This document shows positions 27,653 through 36,971 of a stretch of 64,000 nucleotides of DNA, in pieces. The position numbers and the translations under genes were made by a program. Below the pieces are notes generated by a model that searched no databases, was not told the DNA's origin, and worked only from the letters and a program-made list of their open reading frames with translations. Each line of letters begins with the position of its first letter. The first letter of the stretch is position 1. Source of the stretch: an uncultured Eubacteriales bacterium (GTDB lineage Bacteria > Bacillota > Clostridia > Oscillospirales > CAG-272); the NCBI GenBank assembly GCA_934503195.1, contig CAKSVM010000002.1:850-64849 (forward strand). The letters are read 5' to 3'.

Positions 27653-29677
27653 TTACACTTTTTTTCTGACGCGGTCGTAGACGTAGACCGGAACCGCCGA
27701 CCAGCCGTGGCAGAGACTTCCCGCCTTGCCGAACGCCGCGTCGCCCTCGATCGTCTCCCAGAAGCTCGTCGCGCCGTGAGTGAGCATATGACCGAACTTC
27801 TCCGCGATGTCGTTCATCACGAAGTCCTCGTTTCCGTCCTTTGAGAGGAGCGCGTCGTACTTGAATATGCTGTGGCTGAGCGTCACCGCGATAAGCTTTC
27901 CCGACTTCAGGGCTTCGAGAACGCGCCCGAGTCTTTCCTCCGGAACCGCGCCAGCACAGACGAGAAGCGAATTCGTGAGCTCGGCGAAGTGACTCCGCCT
28001 GCCGCCGCGGAGATAAGACGCGTAGACGCCCTTCTCGGGATCGTAGAAGGCCTCCGCGGCTTTGTTTATTTCGCTTCTGAGATTCAGATAACGCTCCGAA
28101 TCGGCGTCGCCGAGCCTCTCGCATAGCTTTGAAAGCGATCCGAAGGCCATCGAGACGAAGGCTGAGAGCGGCGCGTCGTATCCGATTCCGTTGTCGCGCG
28201 ACTCGCTAAGGTTTGTCTGCCATTCGTAGAAGTTCCAGTATTTCGGCTCGGCGAAGCAGGCGATGAGGCCGTTTTCAAGCCTTGAGGCGAAGGTTTCCGC
28301 GATTTTCTTCGCGGTCGGGAGAAGTTCTTTCGCCGTCTTTTCGTCGCCGCTGAACTCAAGGTATTCGAGAAGCTGCACGATGAAGATCGCCGAGAAGCAG
28401 GGAATCGTGATCGGAACCCGCGCGGGCGAGCAGAGTTCGAGCATCCCGTCCTCGCGGAGCGAATGCGCGATGAGTCTCAGCGACGCCGCCGCGAATCTCG
28501 TCTCGCCGAAGGCTATGTAGCCGCAGAGCATCTGATTGCGCGAATCCATCGTGTAGAGCGACTGCTCGCGCCAAGGGCAGTCCTCGTAATGCTCGTGCAT
28601 ACAGAGTTCAAGCGTTCTCACACAGACGTCGTAGATCATTTTATGGAGCCGGTCGCCGATCGGACAGGGATTCGCCGCCGGGAGCGGATAATCGGTCGGG
28701 CGGATTCCGACGTTATGGATTTTCGCGGTCTTCGCGAAGATGTGAATCTGCATGAATCTGAGTCCGAGGCGCAGAAGGGGATTCTCAAAGGTGTTCCGTC
28801 CGGCCTTCGCGAGATAACGCGCGGCGAAATTGCGGTTTCCGATCGAGGTTCTGACCTTTAAGTCGGCGAGGTGTTCGCCCCAGCCGACGAGGATTTCGCA
28901 GTCCTCGGGAACCTCGACGTCAAAGGTCATGAAGCCCGCGCTCTCGGCTCCGAGGTCGATTATCGCGGCGATTCCGTCGCCGTCCCAGACCTTAAGCTCA
29001 ATTCCCGCGTCGGATGGGAGCTTCGCGCCGCCGCCGTCGACCGCGCTGACCGAGAGCGACGAGTCCTGCATCCGCTCGGCCGCCGTGCCGTCCTTTTTCC
29101 GCTCGGTGAAGGAGCCGAAGTTGATCATACGCCCCCCGGACGGCTTTCCGATTCTGAGCTTTTCGACCGGGCGGGGGAGATATTCGTCGAATCCTTCGAC
29201 GACCTTCGCCGGAATCCATTCGGTTTCGTCAGCCGTGGAATCGTAGCCGAAGGTGAAGCCGAGCTGTGAAGAGACCTTTCCGACTCCCTCTCCCGAAGCG
29301 TAGTTCGGGTCGGCGCGGCAGAGCGTTTCCTCGCCCGAAGCGGCCGTTATTACTCCGTTTGCCGTGACCTCGAAGATGACAAACGGCGGCTTGTTCCGGC
29401 AGGTCGAAAAATCGACGCCGGGATGATGCGCGATGATCAGAAGCTCGTTCTCACCGTCCTTCACGAACGGCGAGATGTCGGGCTCGTCGAAGAACTGAAG
29501 ATCCTCGTAGCCGGGATACTGTCCGGCGTCGACGAAGCTTCCGTTTATGTAGAGCGCGTAATTTCCGTCGCAGGAGACGCGGACTCTGTCGCCCTTTCCG
29601 AATTTTGCCGAAAAGTCGGCGTAGGTGTTGACTCCGGACGAGGGAGTCCAGATCCGTTTCGCTTTCTCAAATTTCAT
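27653..29677 (-). CDS. GH78-like (alpha-L-rhamnosidase-related) six-hairpin glycoside hydrolase
   Basis: 674 aa. N-terminal AKRIWTPS...GNYALYINGSFV beta-sandwich and EDCPWREQSLYTMDSRNQ, resembling the GH78 DCPxRE motif. Family assignment is from memory of family motifs only. Confidence 0.6.
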   Translation of the reverse strand: MKFEKAKRIWTPSSGVNTYADFSAKFGKGDRVRVSCDGNYALYINGSFVDAGQYPGYEDLQFFDEPDISPFVKDGENELLIIAHHPGVDFSTCRNKPPFVIFEVTANGVITAASGEETLCRADPNYASGEGVGKVSSQLGFTFGYDSTADETEWIPAKVVEGFDEYLPRPVEKLRIGKPSGGRMINFGSFTERKKDGTAAERMQDSSLSVSAVDGGGAKLPSDAGIELKVWDGDGIAAIIDLGAESAGFMTFDVEVPEDCEILVGWGEHLADLKVRTSIGNRNFAARYLAKAGRNTFENPLLRLGLRFMQIHIFAKTAKIHNVGIRPTDYPLPAANPCPIGDRLHKMIYDVCVRTLELCMHEHYEDCPWREQSLYTMDSRNQMLCGYIAFGETRFAAASLRLIAHSLREDGMLELCSPARVPITIPCFSAIFIVQLLEYLEFSGDEKTAKELLPTAKKIAETFASRLENGLIACFAEPKYWNFYEWQTNLSESRDNGIGYDAPLSAFVSMAFGSLSKLCERLGDADSERYLNLRSEINKAAEAFYDPEKGVYASYLRGGRRSHFAELTNSLLVCAGAVPEERLGRVLEALKSGKLIAVTLSHSIFKYDALLSKDGNEDFVMNDIAEKFGHMLTHGATSFWETIEGDAAFGKAGSLCHGWSAVPVYVYDRVRKKV

Positions 29678-29692
29678 TATGTTACCTCACTT

Positions 29693-30505
29693 TTAGTTTT
29701 TTCTGTATTCCGACGGCGAGACGCCGAATTTCTTTCGGAAATGTCTGTAGAGATCCGACGGTGAGTTGAAGCCGGAGCGCGTGCAGACCTCGGTCACACT
29801 CAGATCCCCGGTCAGAAGCCCGGCCGCGACCTTGACTCTGAAATCGGCTAAGAATTCCATCGGCGTCAGGTCGTATTCGCGGCGGAATTCCTTGATGAAC
29901 CAGCTCGTGCAGAAGCCGCATTCCGAAGCGAGATCGGCGTTTGTCAGCGGCTCGGAGTAGTCGAGCATGATCCGCCGCAGTGCCGGGAAGAGCCGCCCCG
30001 AGTCGGTTTTCACCTCGGGGAGATTGTCGGGGAGCTTCGCTAAGAAAAGCGCGAACCAGAGCGCGGCCTCGTAGCTGTCGCGCGTCTCGATCATCGAAAT
30101 GAGTATCTCCGCGAGCTTTTTGTCGCGGATCACGGGCGGCATCGACGCGGGGAGCTTTCTCCTTGGCTCGATTTTCGCGTATCCGAGCAGGAGGTCGGCG
30201 TCAAAATATATGAACTCGCACCGGCAGGACTTTGACACGCTTCGCGAATAATGGTGGACGCCGGGCGGGATTATCATGACGTCTCCGGGGTGAATCGCCT
30301 CGACTATGTCGCCGACAAGCCAGAGTCCGTTCCCGCAGCGGCAGTATCCGACCTCGCAGACATTGTGAAAGTGCAGTGAGTCGATTTCGCCCGCGGGGAG
30401 TCCCATCGCGTTCCGGTCGCGCGAGATCAGTCCCGGTGTCTGCGGGAAAAAAACGGGTGAAGAGCTTTTTTGCACGATATTCGCCACTTTTTCCATTGAT
30501 TTCAT
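29693..30505 (-). CDS. AraC family transcriptional regulator
   Basis: Cupin N-terminal domain (HFHNVCEVGYC...HPGDVMIIPPGVHH) and C-terminal AraC HTH (SGFNSPSDLYRHFRKKFGVSPSEYR). Confidence 0.9.
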   Translation of the reverse strand: MKSMEKVANIVQKSSSPVFFPQTPGLISRDRNAMGLPAGEIDSLHFHNVCEVGYCRCGNGLWLVGDIVEAIHPGDVMIIPPGVHHYSRSVSKSCRCEFIYFDADLLLGYAKIEPRRKLPASMPPVIRDKKLAEILISMIETRDSYEAALWFALFLAKLPDNLPEVKTDSGRLFPALRRIMLDYSEPLTNADLASECGFCTSWFIKEFRREYDLTPMEFLADFRVKVAAGLLTGDLSVTEVCTRSGFNSPSDLYRHFRKKFGVSPSEYRKN

Positions 30506-30566
30506 CCTCCCTGAGTGTTATCATTATTATAGCACATATCTTCATAAAAATCAAGGAGGTTCTGAA

Positions 30567-32639
30567 ATGTTTATTGAATCGAAAGGGATAAAAATCGGGT
30601 TCTCGGAGGATTTCCGGAAAATCACGTCGCTTGTCCTCGGAAACGAGGAGAGAATCGGCGAGACTCTGCCGCTCTTCTTTCTGCGGCTCCGCGACGCGAA
30701 GGGAAATCCGGTCATTCTGAACGGAGGCGACGCGAAAATATCCGCGTCCGACGTGGTATCCACGGAAAAACGTCTTACGCTGACATATCACTTTGAGCCG
30801 CTCGACGTGGTTGTAAGTGTTTCCGGCGGAGAGCGGATCGAATGGGGGCTTAAGGTAGAAAATCATTCTCCGCTCGCCGTCGAGTACGTCGACTTCCCGA
30901 ACATAAGCGTCGGGGGGAAGCTGAGGCGAAACGGCGGCGACGGCGCGATTGTCTCGTCCTACAACGAGGGGCTTTATGTCGACGACGCGTCGATGAAGCG
31001 CGACATGGCCGCGCCCGAGTATCCGTCGCAGGGCTGGTACATGATGTTCCCGTATATGCTTTCGTCGCAGTTCATGCTCTATCTCGCCGGGGATCACGGA
31101 CTATATATCGGCGTCCACGACACAAAGCGCGCGCCGAAGGGACTCGACTTTGCCTGCGGCGATAACTCGACGCTCTTCCGGATCCGGGATTTCGTCGGCG
31201 GGGAATACGGCTCGGACATCGCGCTTCCGCCGATCGCCTGGGAATACTTTGACGGCGGCTGGCAGGACGGCGCGGAGATCTACCGCGGATGGATGAACCC
31301 GACTCTCGGGATAAAGCCGCTCGCCGAACTCGACGTCCCCGACTGGTACAAGAGCGATATGCCGCTTGTGATCACATATCCCGTGCGCGGAATTCACGAC
31401 ATGGACGAGATGAAGCCGAACAAGCTCTTCCCCTACGAAAACGTCCTCCCGATCGTCAGAGAGCTTGAGGAGAGGACGAAATCGCGGATCATGGTGCTTC
31501 TCATGCACTGGGAGGGAACCGCTCCGTGGGCTCCGCCGTACGTCTGGCCGCCTTACGGCGGGGCGGAGAGCTTCCTTGAATTCATGAGAAAGCTTCATGA
31601 GCGCGGGGATCTTCTCGGCGTCTATTGCAGCGGACTCGGATTCACCGAGCAGTCGAATCTGATCGACTCTTATAATATGGTAGAAAGCGTTCTCAGAAAT
31701 CAGTTTGACCTCGGATTCTGCCGCGCGCCCGATCAGTCGCTCCCGCACAGCCGGATCTGTACCGGACAGCGCGTCGGATATGATGTCTGCCCGGCTTCGA
31801 GGGTCGGAAAGAAGCTGCTCGACGACGCGCTCGAACCGCTTCTGAAATCGGGCGTTGACTACGTTCAGGCTCTCGATCAGAATCACGGCGGCGGAATGTA
31901 CTTCTGCTACGCGAAGGATCACGGTCATCCCCCGGTCCCGGGCGGATGGATGACGAAGGCTTCGGCTGAGCTTCTGCGCGGCTGGAAGTCGATCTGCCCC
32001 GAAACGCTTCTCGGATGCGAATCGGCGGCGGCCGAGCCTTACATCGACTCGCTGAGGCTTTCCGACAACCGCTATGAGCTCTGCTACCGCCACGGAAAGG
32101 CGATTCCGCTCTATTCGTTCCTCTATCATCCGTATCTGAAGAACTTCATGGGAAATCAGGTGTCCTGTCCGCTCGATTACACGACCGGGCTGCTCGAATA
32201 CCGGCTCGCCTACTCGTTCGCGGCGGGAGATCTTTTGACGCTTGTCCTTAACGACGACGGCGAGGTTATGTTCCACTGGGGAATGCGCGACTTCTCGAAG
32301 ACGCCCGACCGGGACGAGATCATCGGCTTTGTGGCGAAGCTTCAGGAGTTCCACAAGCGTTATCCGGCGGTCTTCCGCGGAGCCGGAATGGTGAAGCCGA
32401 AGGCGTTTGAGTGCGACGAGATTGTGCTCGAAAAGCTCGGCGGCGGCGTTCCGTCCTACGACTCGGCGGTGCTTTCGACGGCCTGGAGAGTCGGTGAGAA
32501 GACGATCCAGATCTTCGTCAACTGGACGAAGGAGGAGAGAATCTGCCGCTTTGAAAACGGCACGGAACTGAGACTTTCGCCGCTTTCGGCCGGGGCGATG
32601 GAATTTGACTGCGAAGTCTGTTTGACGCCGATTGAGTGA
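30567..32639 (+). CDS. Large cytoplasmic protein of unknown family, probable glycoside hydrolase (DUF-type)
   Basis: 690-aa ORF with an AAGGAGG RBS and protein-like composition. It sits between an AraC regulator and an SBP. No catalytic motif that I can name. Confidence 0.5.
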   Translation: MFIESKGIKIGFSEDFRKITSLVLGNEERIGETLPLFFLRLRDAKGNPVILNGGDAKISASDVVSTEKRLTLTYHFEPLDVVVSVSGGERIEWGLKVENHSPLAVEYVDFPNISVGGKLRRNGGDGAIVSSYNEGLYVDDASMKRDMAAPEYPSQGWYMMFPYMLSSQFMLYLAGDHGLYIGVHDTKRAPKGLDFACGDNSTLFRIRDFVGGEYGSDIALPPIAWEYFDGGWQDGAEIYRGWMNPTLGIKPLAELDVPDWYKSDMPLVITYPVRGIHDMDEMKPNKLFPYENVLPIVRELEERTKSRIMVLLMHWEGTAPWAPPYVWPPYGGAESFLEFMRKLHERGDLLGVYCSGLGFTEQSNLIDSYNMVESVLRNQFDLGFCRAPDQSLPHSRICTGQRVGYDVCPASRVGKKLLDDALEPLLKSGVDYVQALDQNHGGGMYFCYAKDHGHPPVPGGWMTKASAELLRGWKSICPETLLGCESAAAEPYIDSLRLSDNRYELCYRHGKAIPLYSFLYHPYLKNFMGNQVSCPLDYTTGLLEYRLAYSFAAGDLLTLVLNDDGEVMFHWGMRDFSKTPDRDEIIGFVAKLQEFHKRYPAVFRGAGMVKPKAFECDEIVLEKLGGGVPSYDSAVLSTAWRVGEKTIQIFVNWTKEERICRFENGTELRLSPLSAGAMEFDCEVCLTPIE

Positions 32640-32655
32640 AAGGAAGCAATATATA

Positions 32656-34110
32656 ATGAAGAAATTTACGATTCTGCCCCTCGCGCTCGCGCTTATCCTG
32701 ACCTCCTGCGGGGCGGAGAAGCTTCCGGATGAGACGACGGCGGGGGATACGACGACCGCCGCCGGTGAGTCAGGCGAGACGACCGGACTTTCGGCCGAGC
32801 TTCCAGACGCCGACTACGGCGGGTATGAGTTCAGGGTTCTGATCCGCCCGAAGACGACGGTTGACTGGGCGGGGGATATGTTCCGCGAGTCGAGCGGCGA
32901 CGTGCTTGACGACGCGGTTTACAACCGGAATCAGGCGGTCGAGGAAAAACTCGGCGTGAAGCTTGTCAAGGTCGAGTCGTCCGACGCTAACTACGCGGGC
33001 GACGGAAAGAACTCTATCTTAGCCGGGGACGACGCGTATGATCTCATAATGCCGCACACGAGAACGGCGTTCGGCTACGCGGAGGAAGGACTCTGCCTCG
33101 ACTTCAACGATCTGCGCTACGTCGACCTCGACAAGCCGTGGTGGAACGCCGACGCGCGCGAGAGCTTCACGATCAACGATAAGCTCTATGTGATGACCGG
33201 GGACATCAGCTTCCAGCTTCTCGGGCAGTCGATGTGCCTCTTCTTCAACAAGACTCTGCTTGACAGGTACAACGAGGAATACCCATATCAGACTGTCGCC
33301 GACATGAAGTGGACGCTTGAGGAGTTCGGACGGCTCGTCGCGCTCTGCTCGGACGATCTCAACGGCGACGGCAGGATGACCGACACCGACGATCTCTTCG
33401 GTTACTCGACGCATCAGTGGCGCGGGCCGATGCAGGCTCTCGTGATCTGCGGCGGGCGGGTCGCTTCGAAGGACAAGAATGGCGATATCGTCCTCTCGCT
33501 GAACACCGAGCGGGTTCAGAAGTGCTTTGAGGACTTCTTCAAGATCGCCGACTCGGCGAACGTCAACCTCCAGATGAACAAGGAGAACGCCGCGAAGGGC
33601 GATTACTTCATCGACGTCTTCCGCGACGGACGGGCTTTGTTCCTCTCGGCGAATCTCAACAATGCGTCGTATATGCGGAGCATGAAGGACGATTTCGGAA
33701 TAATTCCGTCGCCGATGTACGACGAGTCGGACGGGAGATATTACACGAACGTCGACGGCGGTCTGCATCTGCTGATCGTGCCGAAGACGGCTTCGGATCC
33801 GGATCGGACGTCGGCGGTGCTTGAGGCTCTTTCGGCCGAGGGGTACAGCCGCGTCATGCCGGCCTACTACGAGGTCGCGCTGACGACGAAATATGTCCGC
33901 GACGAGCTTTCGGTCGCGATGATCGATCTTATACGCGACGCGCGGGTACTCGATCTCGGCTACAACAACAACGGACTCACCGGGCGGTTTGCGTCGTTCG
34001 GGTATTTCCTCGCGGACGATCCGAACCACGCCTTCGCCTCGTTCTACGCGAAATACGAGTCAGAGGTGAAGACCGGAATGGAGAAGGATCTCGAAAGCTA
34101 CGGAAAATAA
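32656..34110 (+). CDS. ABC-transporter extracellular solute-binding lipoprotein (large, sugar-type)
   Basis: MKKFTILPLALALILTSCG lipobox, T/G/E-rich linker, about 484 aa. Paralogous to 39786-41258 and to the pseudogene 34155-35124. Confidence 0.85.
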   Translation: MKKFTILPLALALILTSCGAEKLPDETTAGDTTTAAGESGETTGLSAELPDADYGGYEFRVLIRPKTTVDWAGDMFRESSGDVLDDAVYNRNQAVEEKLGVKLVKVESSDANYAGDGKNSILAGDDAYDLIMPHTRTAFGYAEEGLCLDFNDLRYVDLDKPWWNADARESFTINDKLYVMTGDISFQLLGQSMCLFFNKTLLDRYNEEYPYQTVADMKWTLEEFGRLVALCSDDLNGDGRMTDTDDLFGYSTHQWRGPMQALVICGGRVASKDKNGDIVLSLNTERVQKCFEDFFKIADSANVNLQMNKENAAKGDYFIDVFRDGRALFLSANLNNASYMRSMKDDFGIIPSPMYDESDGRYYTNVDGGLHLLIVPKTASDPDRTSAVLEALSAEGYSRVMPAYYEVALTTKYVRDELSVAMIDLIRDARVLDLGYNNNGLTGRFASFGYFLADDPNHAFASFYAKYESEVKTGMEKDLESYGK

Positions 34111-34116
34111 AACACA

Positions 34117-34142
34117 CCGCCCGCCGGATTTCCGGCGGGCGG
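34117..34142. terminator. Hairpin terminator between the convergent SBP gene and SBP pseudogene
   Basis: Perfect 12-bp stem CCGCCCGCCGGA/TCCGGCGGGCGG, flanked by AACACA...TGTTT. Confidence 0.7.
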
Positions 34143-34154
34143 ATTTCGCGTGTT

Positions 34155-35124
34155 TCAGCGGTCGCGGTAGGCGCTGTTTATCTCGTCGAGCTTGGCGTTC
34201 GCGGTGTTTTCGTACTTCGCGTAGAAGGTCGGAAGGACGTTATAGTGTCCGTCGGCGCAGAGGGCTTCGATGATGATCGACGTGCGCTCGGGATCGGAGG
34301 CCGTCTTGGGGACGCCGATCATGTTGCATCCGGCGTCGACGTTCGAGTAATATCTGTCGTACGACTCGTCGAACTTCGGCCACGGGATGATTCCGAAGTC
34401 GGCCTTCATGTCGCGCAGATTTTCAGAAGCTTGATGTTCTGGTCGATGAAGAGCGCGCGGTTTTCGACGAAGGCCTTGGTGTTGACGTCGTTGTTTCCGT
34501 CGATGGCGATATTGACGCTTCCGCTGTCGGCGAGGGCGAAGAACTTATCGAAGATCTCGACCGTCCGCTCGGTGTTAAGTGAGAGGACAAGCTCGTCGTT
34601 TTCGTCCTTGGTGCAGATCCGCTGACCGCCCGAGTAGAGCACCTGAATCGGTCCGACCCACTGCGAGGTGACGTGGCCGAGGCGATCCGACTCAACGCTC
34701 AGGCTTCCGTTGCCGTCAAGATCCTCCGAGCCGTCGCGGACGTACTTCGAGAAGAGGTCGAACGTCCACTTTCCGTCGCGCACCGTGTCGTAGATCCCCT
34801 CGATTTTGAGATCCTCGAAGAGCTTCTTGTTGAAGAGCATCGCGTCGGCCGCGCCGAGATTCTGATAGCTGATGTCCCCGGCGCAGGTGTAGAGCTTATC
34901 CGCGACCGAGAGATTCTCGCGCGCGTCCTGGTTCCACCACGGCTTGTCGAGGTCGATATAGGGCGGCTGTTGCGCTCGTAGATCGCGTCGGTCATGATGT
35001 CTCCGTCGGCGTCCCCGACGTACATATCGGCGATGAAGGTATCGTCGTCGCGGATGTACATGACGAAATCGTAGCCGTTGTAGTTCTTTTCGGGAAGATC
35101 GTCGGAGATTTTTCCGTCGGTCGT
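34155..35124 (-). pseudogene. Decayed paralog of the solute-binding lipoprotein (5' truncated, frameshifted, internal deletions)
   Basis: Fragments in three frames align to the 32656 gene. DDLPEKNYNGYDFVMYIRDD aligns to ELPDADYGGYEFRVLIRPK. YIDLDKPWWNQDARE aligns to YVDLDKPWWNADARE. LSLNTERTVEIFDKFF aligns to LSLNTERVQKCFEDFF. FGIIPWPKFDESYDRYYSNVDAG...PKTASDPERTS aligns to FGIIPSPMYDESDGRYYTNVDGG...PKTASDPDRTS. There is no signal peptide; it starts directly after the AraC stop. Confidence 0.85.
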
Positions 35125-35985
35125 TTATATCGTTTTCTGACGTGCCTCGGCCGGGGTGACGCCGACGCGCGACTCGAACGCGCGGTAGAAATCCGTCCGG
35201 TTCGTGTAGCCGACTCGCTCGATGATCTCGTCGATCGGAAGCTTTGTCGTCGTGAGGAGTCTTTCGGCCTCGTCGATCCGCTTCTGCTTGATGTAATCCT
35301 TGACCGTGACGCCCAGGCTCTCGCGGAAGATCCGCGCGAAGTGCGTCGGGTTGTAGAAGCAGCGTTCGGCGAGTCCGGCGACGGTCAGTCTCTCGGCGAA
35401 GTGATCGTCGATGTATTCGAGTATCTCGCGCGGGACGCGGCGTTCGGGCTCGCTGTCGCCGACGAGCGGGCGGATCATCAGCGTGAAGATCATCGAGAGC
35501 ATCCCGCGGATCGCCGACTGCCAGCCGAGCTTCTTTTCCTTGAACTCAAGCGCGATCCGGTCGAGAAGCGACTCGGCGAAGAGCATTTCGCCGCCGGAAA
35601 GCTTTGTGCAGGGGATATTCGCCCCGGTGAACTCCCGCAGCTCGGAGAACTGCGAGAGCGCGAGAATGTCGAGAAAATTGTCGGTTCCGGCGAGCTCGTT
35701 CGAGATAAAGCGCGGCGAGAGGAGAATGTCGATCTGAATCACCGTCTCGTCGACCTCGATTGCGTGCTCGGAATTGTAGTTTATGAAGATAAGCGTCCCG
35801 CGTCCGACCGGGTAGCTGACTCCGTCGATTATATGCCGCGCCTTTCCCGAATAGGTGTAGGCGAGCTCGGCGAAATCATGGTGGTGCGGCGGCGCGCCGA
35901 AGACCGGCGACTTCTGGTGCTTGTTTACGAAAAGATCGACGCCGTTTTCAAAATAGTTCTTCGCGTAGTAGTTCTTGTGGATCAT
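35125..35985 (-). CDS. AraC family transcriptional regulator
   Basis: Cupin N-terminus (PPHHHDFAELAYTYSG) plus the AraC HTH (GYTNRTDFYRAFESRVGVTPAEAR). Confidence 0.9.
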   Translation of the reverse strand: MIHKNYYAKNYFENGVDLFVNKHQKSPVFGAPPHHHDFAELAYTYSGKARHIIDGVSYPVGRGTLIFINYNSEHAIEVDETVIQIDILLSPRFISNELAGTDNFLDILALSQFSELREFTGANIPCTKLSGGEMLFAESLLDRIALEFKEKKLGWQSAIRGMLSMIFTLMIRPLVGDSEPERRVPREILEYIDDHFAERLTVAGLAERCFYNPTHFARIFRESLGVTVKDYIKQKRIDEAERLLTTTKLPIDEIIERVGYTNRTDFYRAFESRVGVTPAEARQKTI

Positions 35986-36055
35986 GTGACGTCCTCCCTA
36001 TGCGATAATTATATCATAAAATCCCGTCCGGCGCAAGGTGTTTCGGGAAAAAGAC

Positions 36056-36084
36056 TTGAATTTCCGGAGAATCTGTGGTATAAT
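36056..36084 (+). promoter_or_regulatory. Consensus-like promoter for the esterase/serpin genes
   Basis: TTGAAT (36056-36061), 17-nt spacer ending TGG, TATAAT (36079-36084). Confidence 0.7.
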
Positions 36085-36108
36085 GGAGAAAAAACGGAGG
36101 TTTTGTAT

Positions 36109-36906
36109 ATGAGTATAATTTCTGGAATTCTGGCGTTTGTGATGTTCGGGACGATGCTTGTCTCGTGTTCCGGCGGGGCTTCGGCTCCGGGCGGGACTGA
36201 GACCGAAACCGGAGCGGAGGCTGAGGCTGAGACTGAGACTGAGAAGGCGGTGTATTCGATGAGCGCGGAGTCGATGACAATCGAAGGCACGGAGTGGTTG
36301 TATCTCTTCTACGCGCCCGAAACCGAGCCTTCCGAAAAGCTTCCGATGATCGTCTATCTTCACGGCGGGAGCGGGAAGGGAAAGGATCTTTCGCTTCTGA
36401 CGTCGGCCGACGGCTTCCCGGCGTATCTGAACGACGGAAAAATCGCGCCGGAGTGCTATGTCGTGATTCCTCAGCTTGACGGCTGCAAGGGCTGGAACGA
36501 GGCCGGGGACAAGGTTATGAAGCTCATCTCGACGCTGGAGGGCGAATATATGATCGACCCCGACCGTGTTTCGCTGACCGGACACAGCATGGGCGGAACC
36601 GGAGTCTGGTCGCTCGCGCTGACATATCCGGGGAGCTTTTCGGCGATCGCGCCGCTTTCGGGAAGCGTTTTGACAAACGAGCTGAACTTAAAGAAGCTTT
36701 CGGGGCTTCCGGTTTACGCTGTCGTCGGCGGCTCAGACACGATCGTTCTGCCGGAGAGTTCGGAGAAGTTCATCTCCGCGCTCGGGAAGACGAACCCCGA
36801 CGCGAGAATCGAGGTCATCGAAGGAGCCGATCACTTCGACGTTCCGGCGGCCTATCTTGACGAAGAGCTGGGGATTGTCGACTGGCTTTTGTCGGAATCA
36901 GAATAA
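36109..36906 (+). CDS. Secreted alpha/beta-hydrolase (esterase/peptidase S9-like) lipoprotein
   Basis: Start MSIISGILAFVMFGTMLVSCSG (lipobox). TE/AE-rich linker. Nucleophile elbow GHSMGG and HGGSG oxyanion-type motif. The 256-codon upstream extension in the track is antisense to the AraC gene and rejected. Confidence 0.8.
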   Translation: MSIISGILAFVMFGTMLVSCSGGASAPGGTETETGAEAEAETETEKAVYSMSAESMTIEGTEWLYLFYAPETEPSEKLPMIVYLHGGSGKGKDLSLLTSADGFPAYLNDGKIAPECYVVIPQLDGCKGWNEAGDKVMKLISTLEGEYMIDPDRVSLTGHSMGGTGVWSLALTYPGSFSAIAPLSGSVLTNELNLKKLSGLPVYAVVGGSDTIVLPESSEKFISALGKTNPDARIEVIEGADHFDVPAAYLDEELGIVDWLLSESE

Positions 36907-36971
36907 ATTTCCGAAAGCCGCAAATATCCGCGCGGGTTTTGCGTCTTATATGACAAAAGGAGGATCGCACA

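Noticed and set aside
35341-36108. 256-codon N-terminal extension of the esterase ORF (track ORF 35341-36906)
   Set aside because: The extension is antisense to the AraC gene 35125-35985. A consensus promoter (36056-36084) and a lipoprotein signal peptide starting at the ATG at 36109 define the real start.
36170-36245. Short tandem codon repeats (GAGACNGAG / GCTGAG). Similar Q/P-rich repeats lie at 52310-52420 and T/E/P-rich repeats at 22190-22400.
   Set aside because: They are in-frame, low-complexity linkers following lipoprotein signals or between domains. They are not independent DNA repeats.
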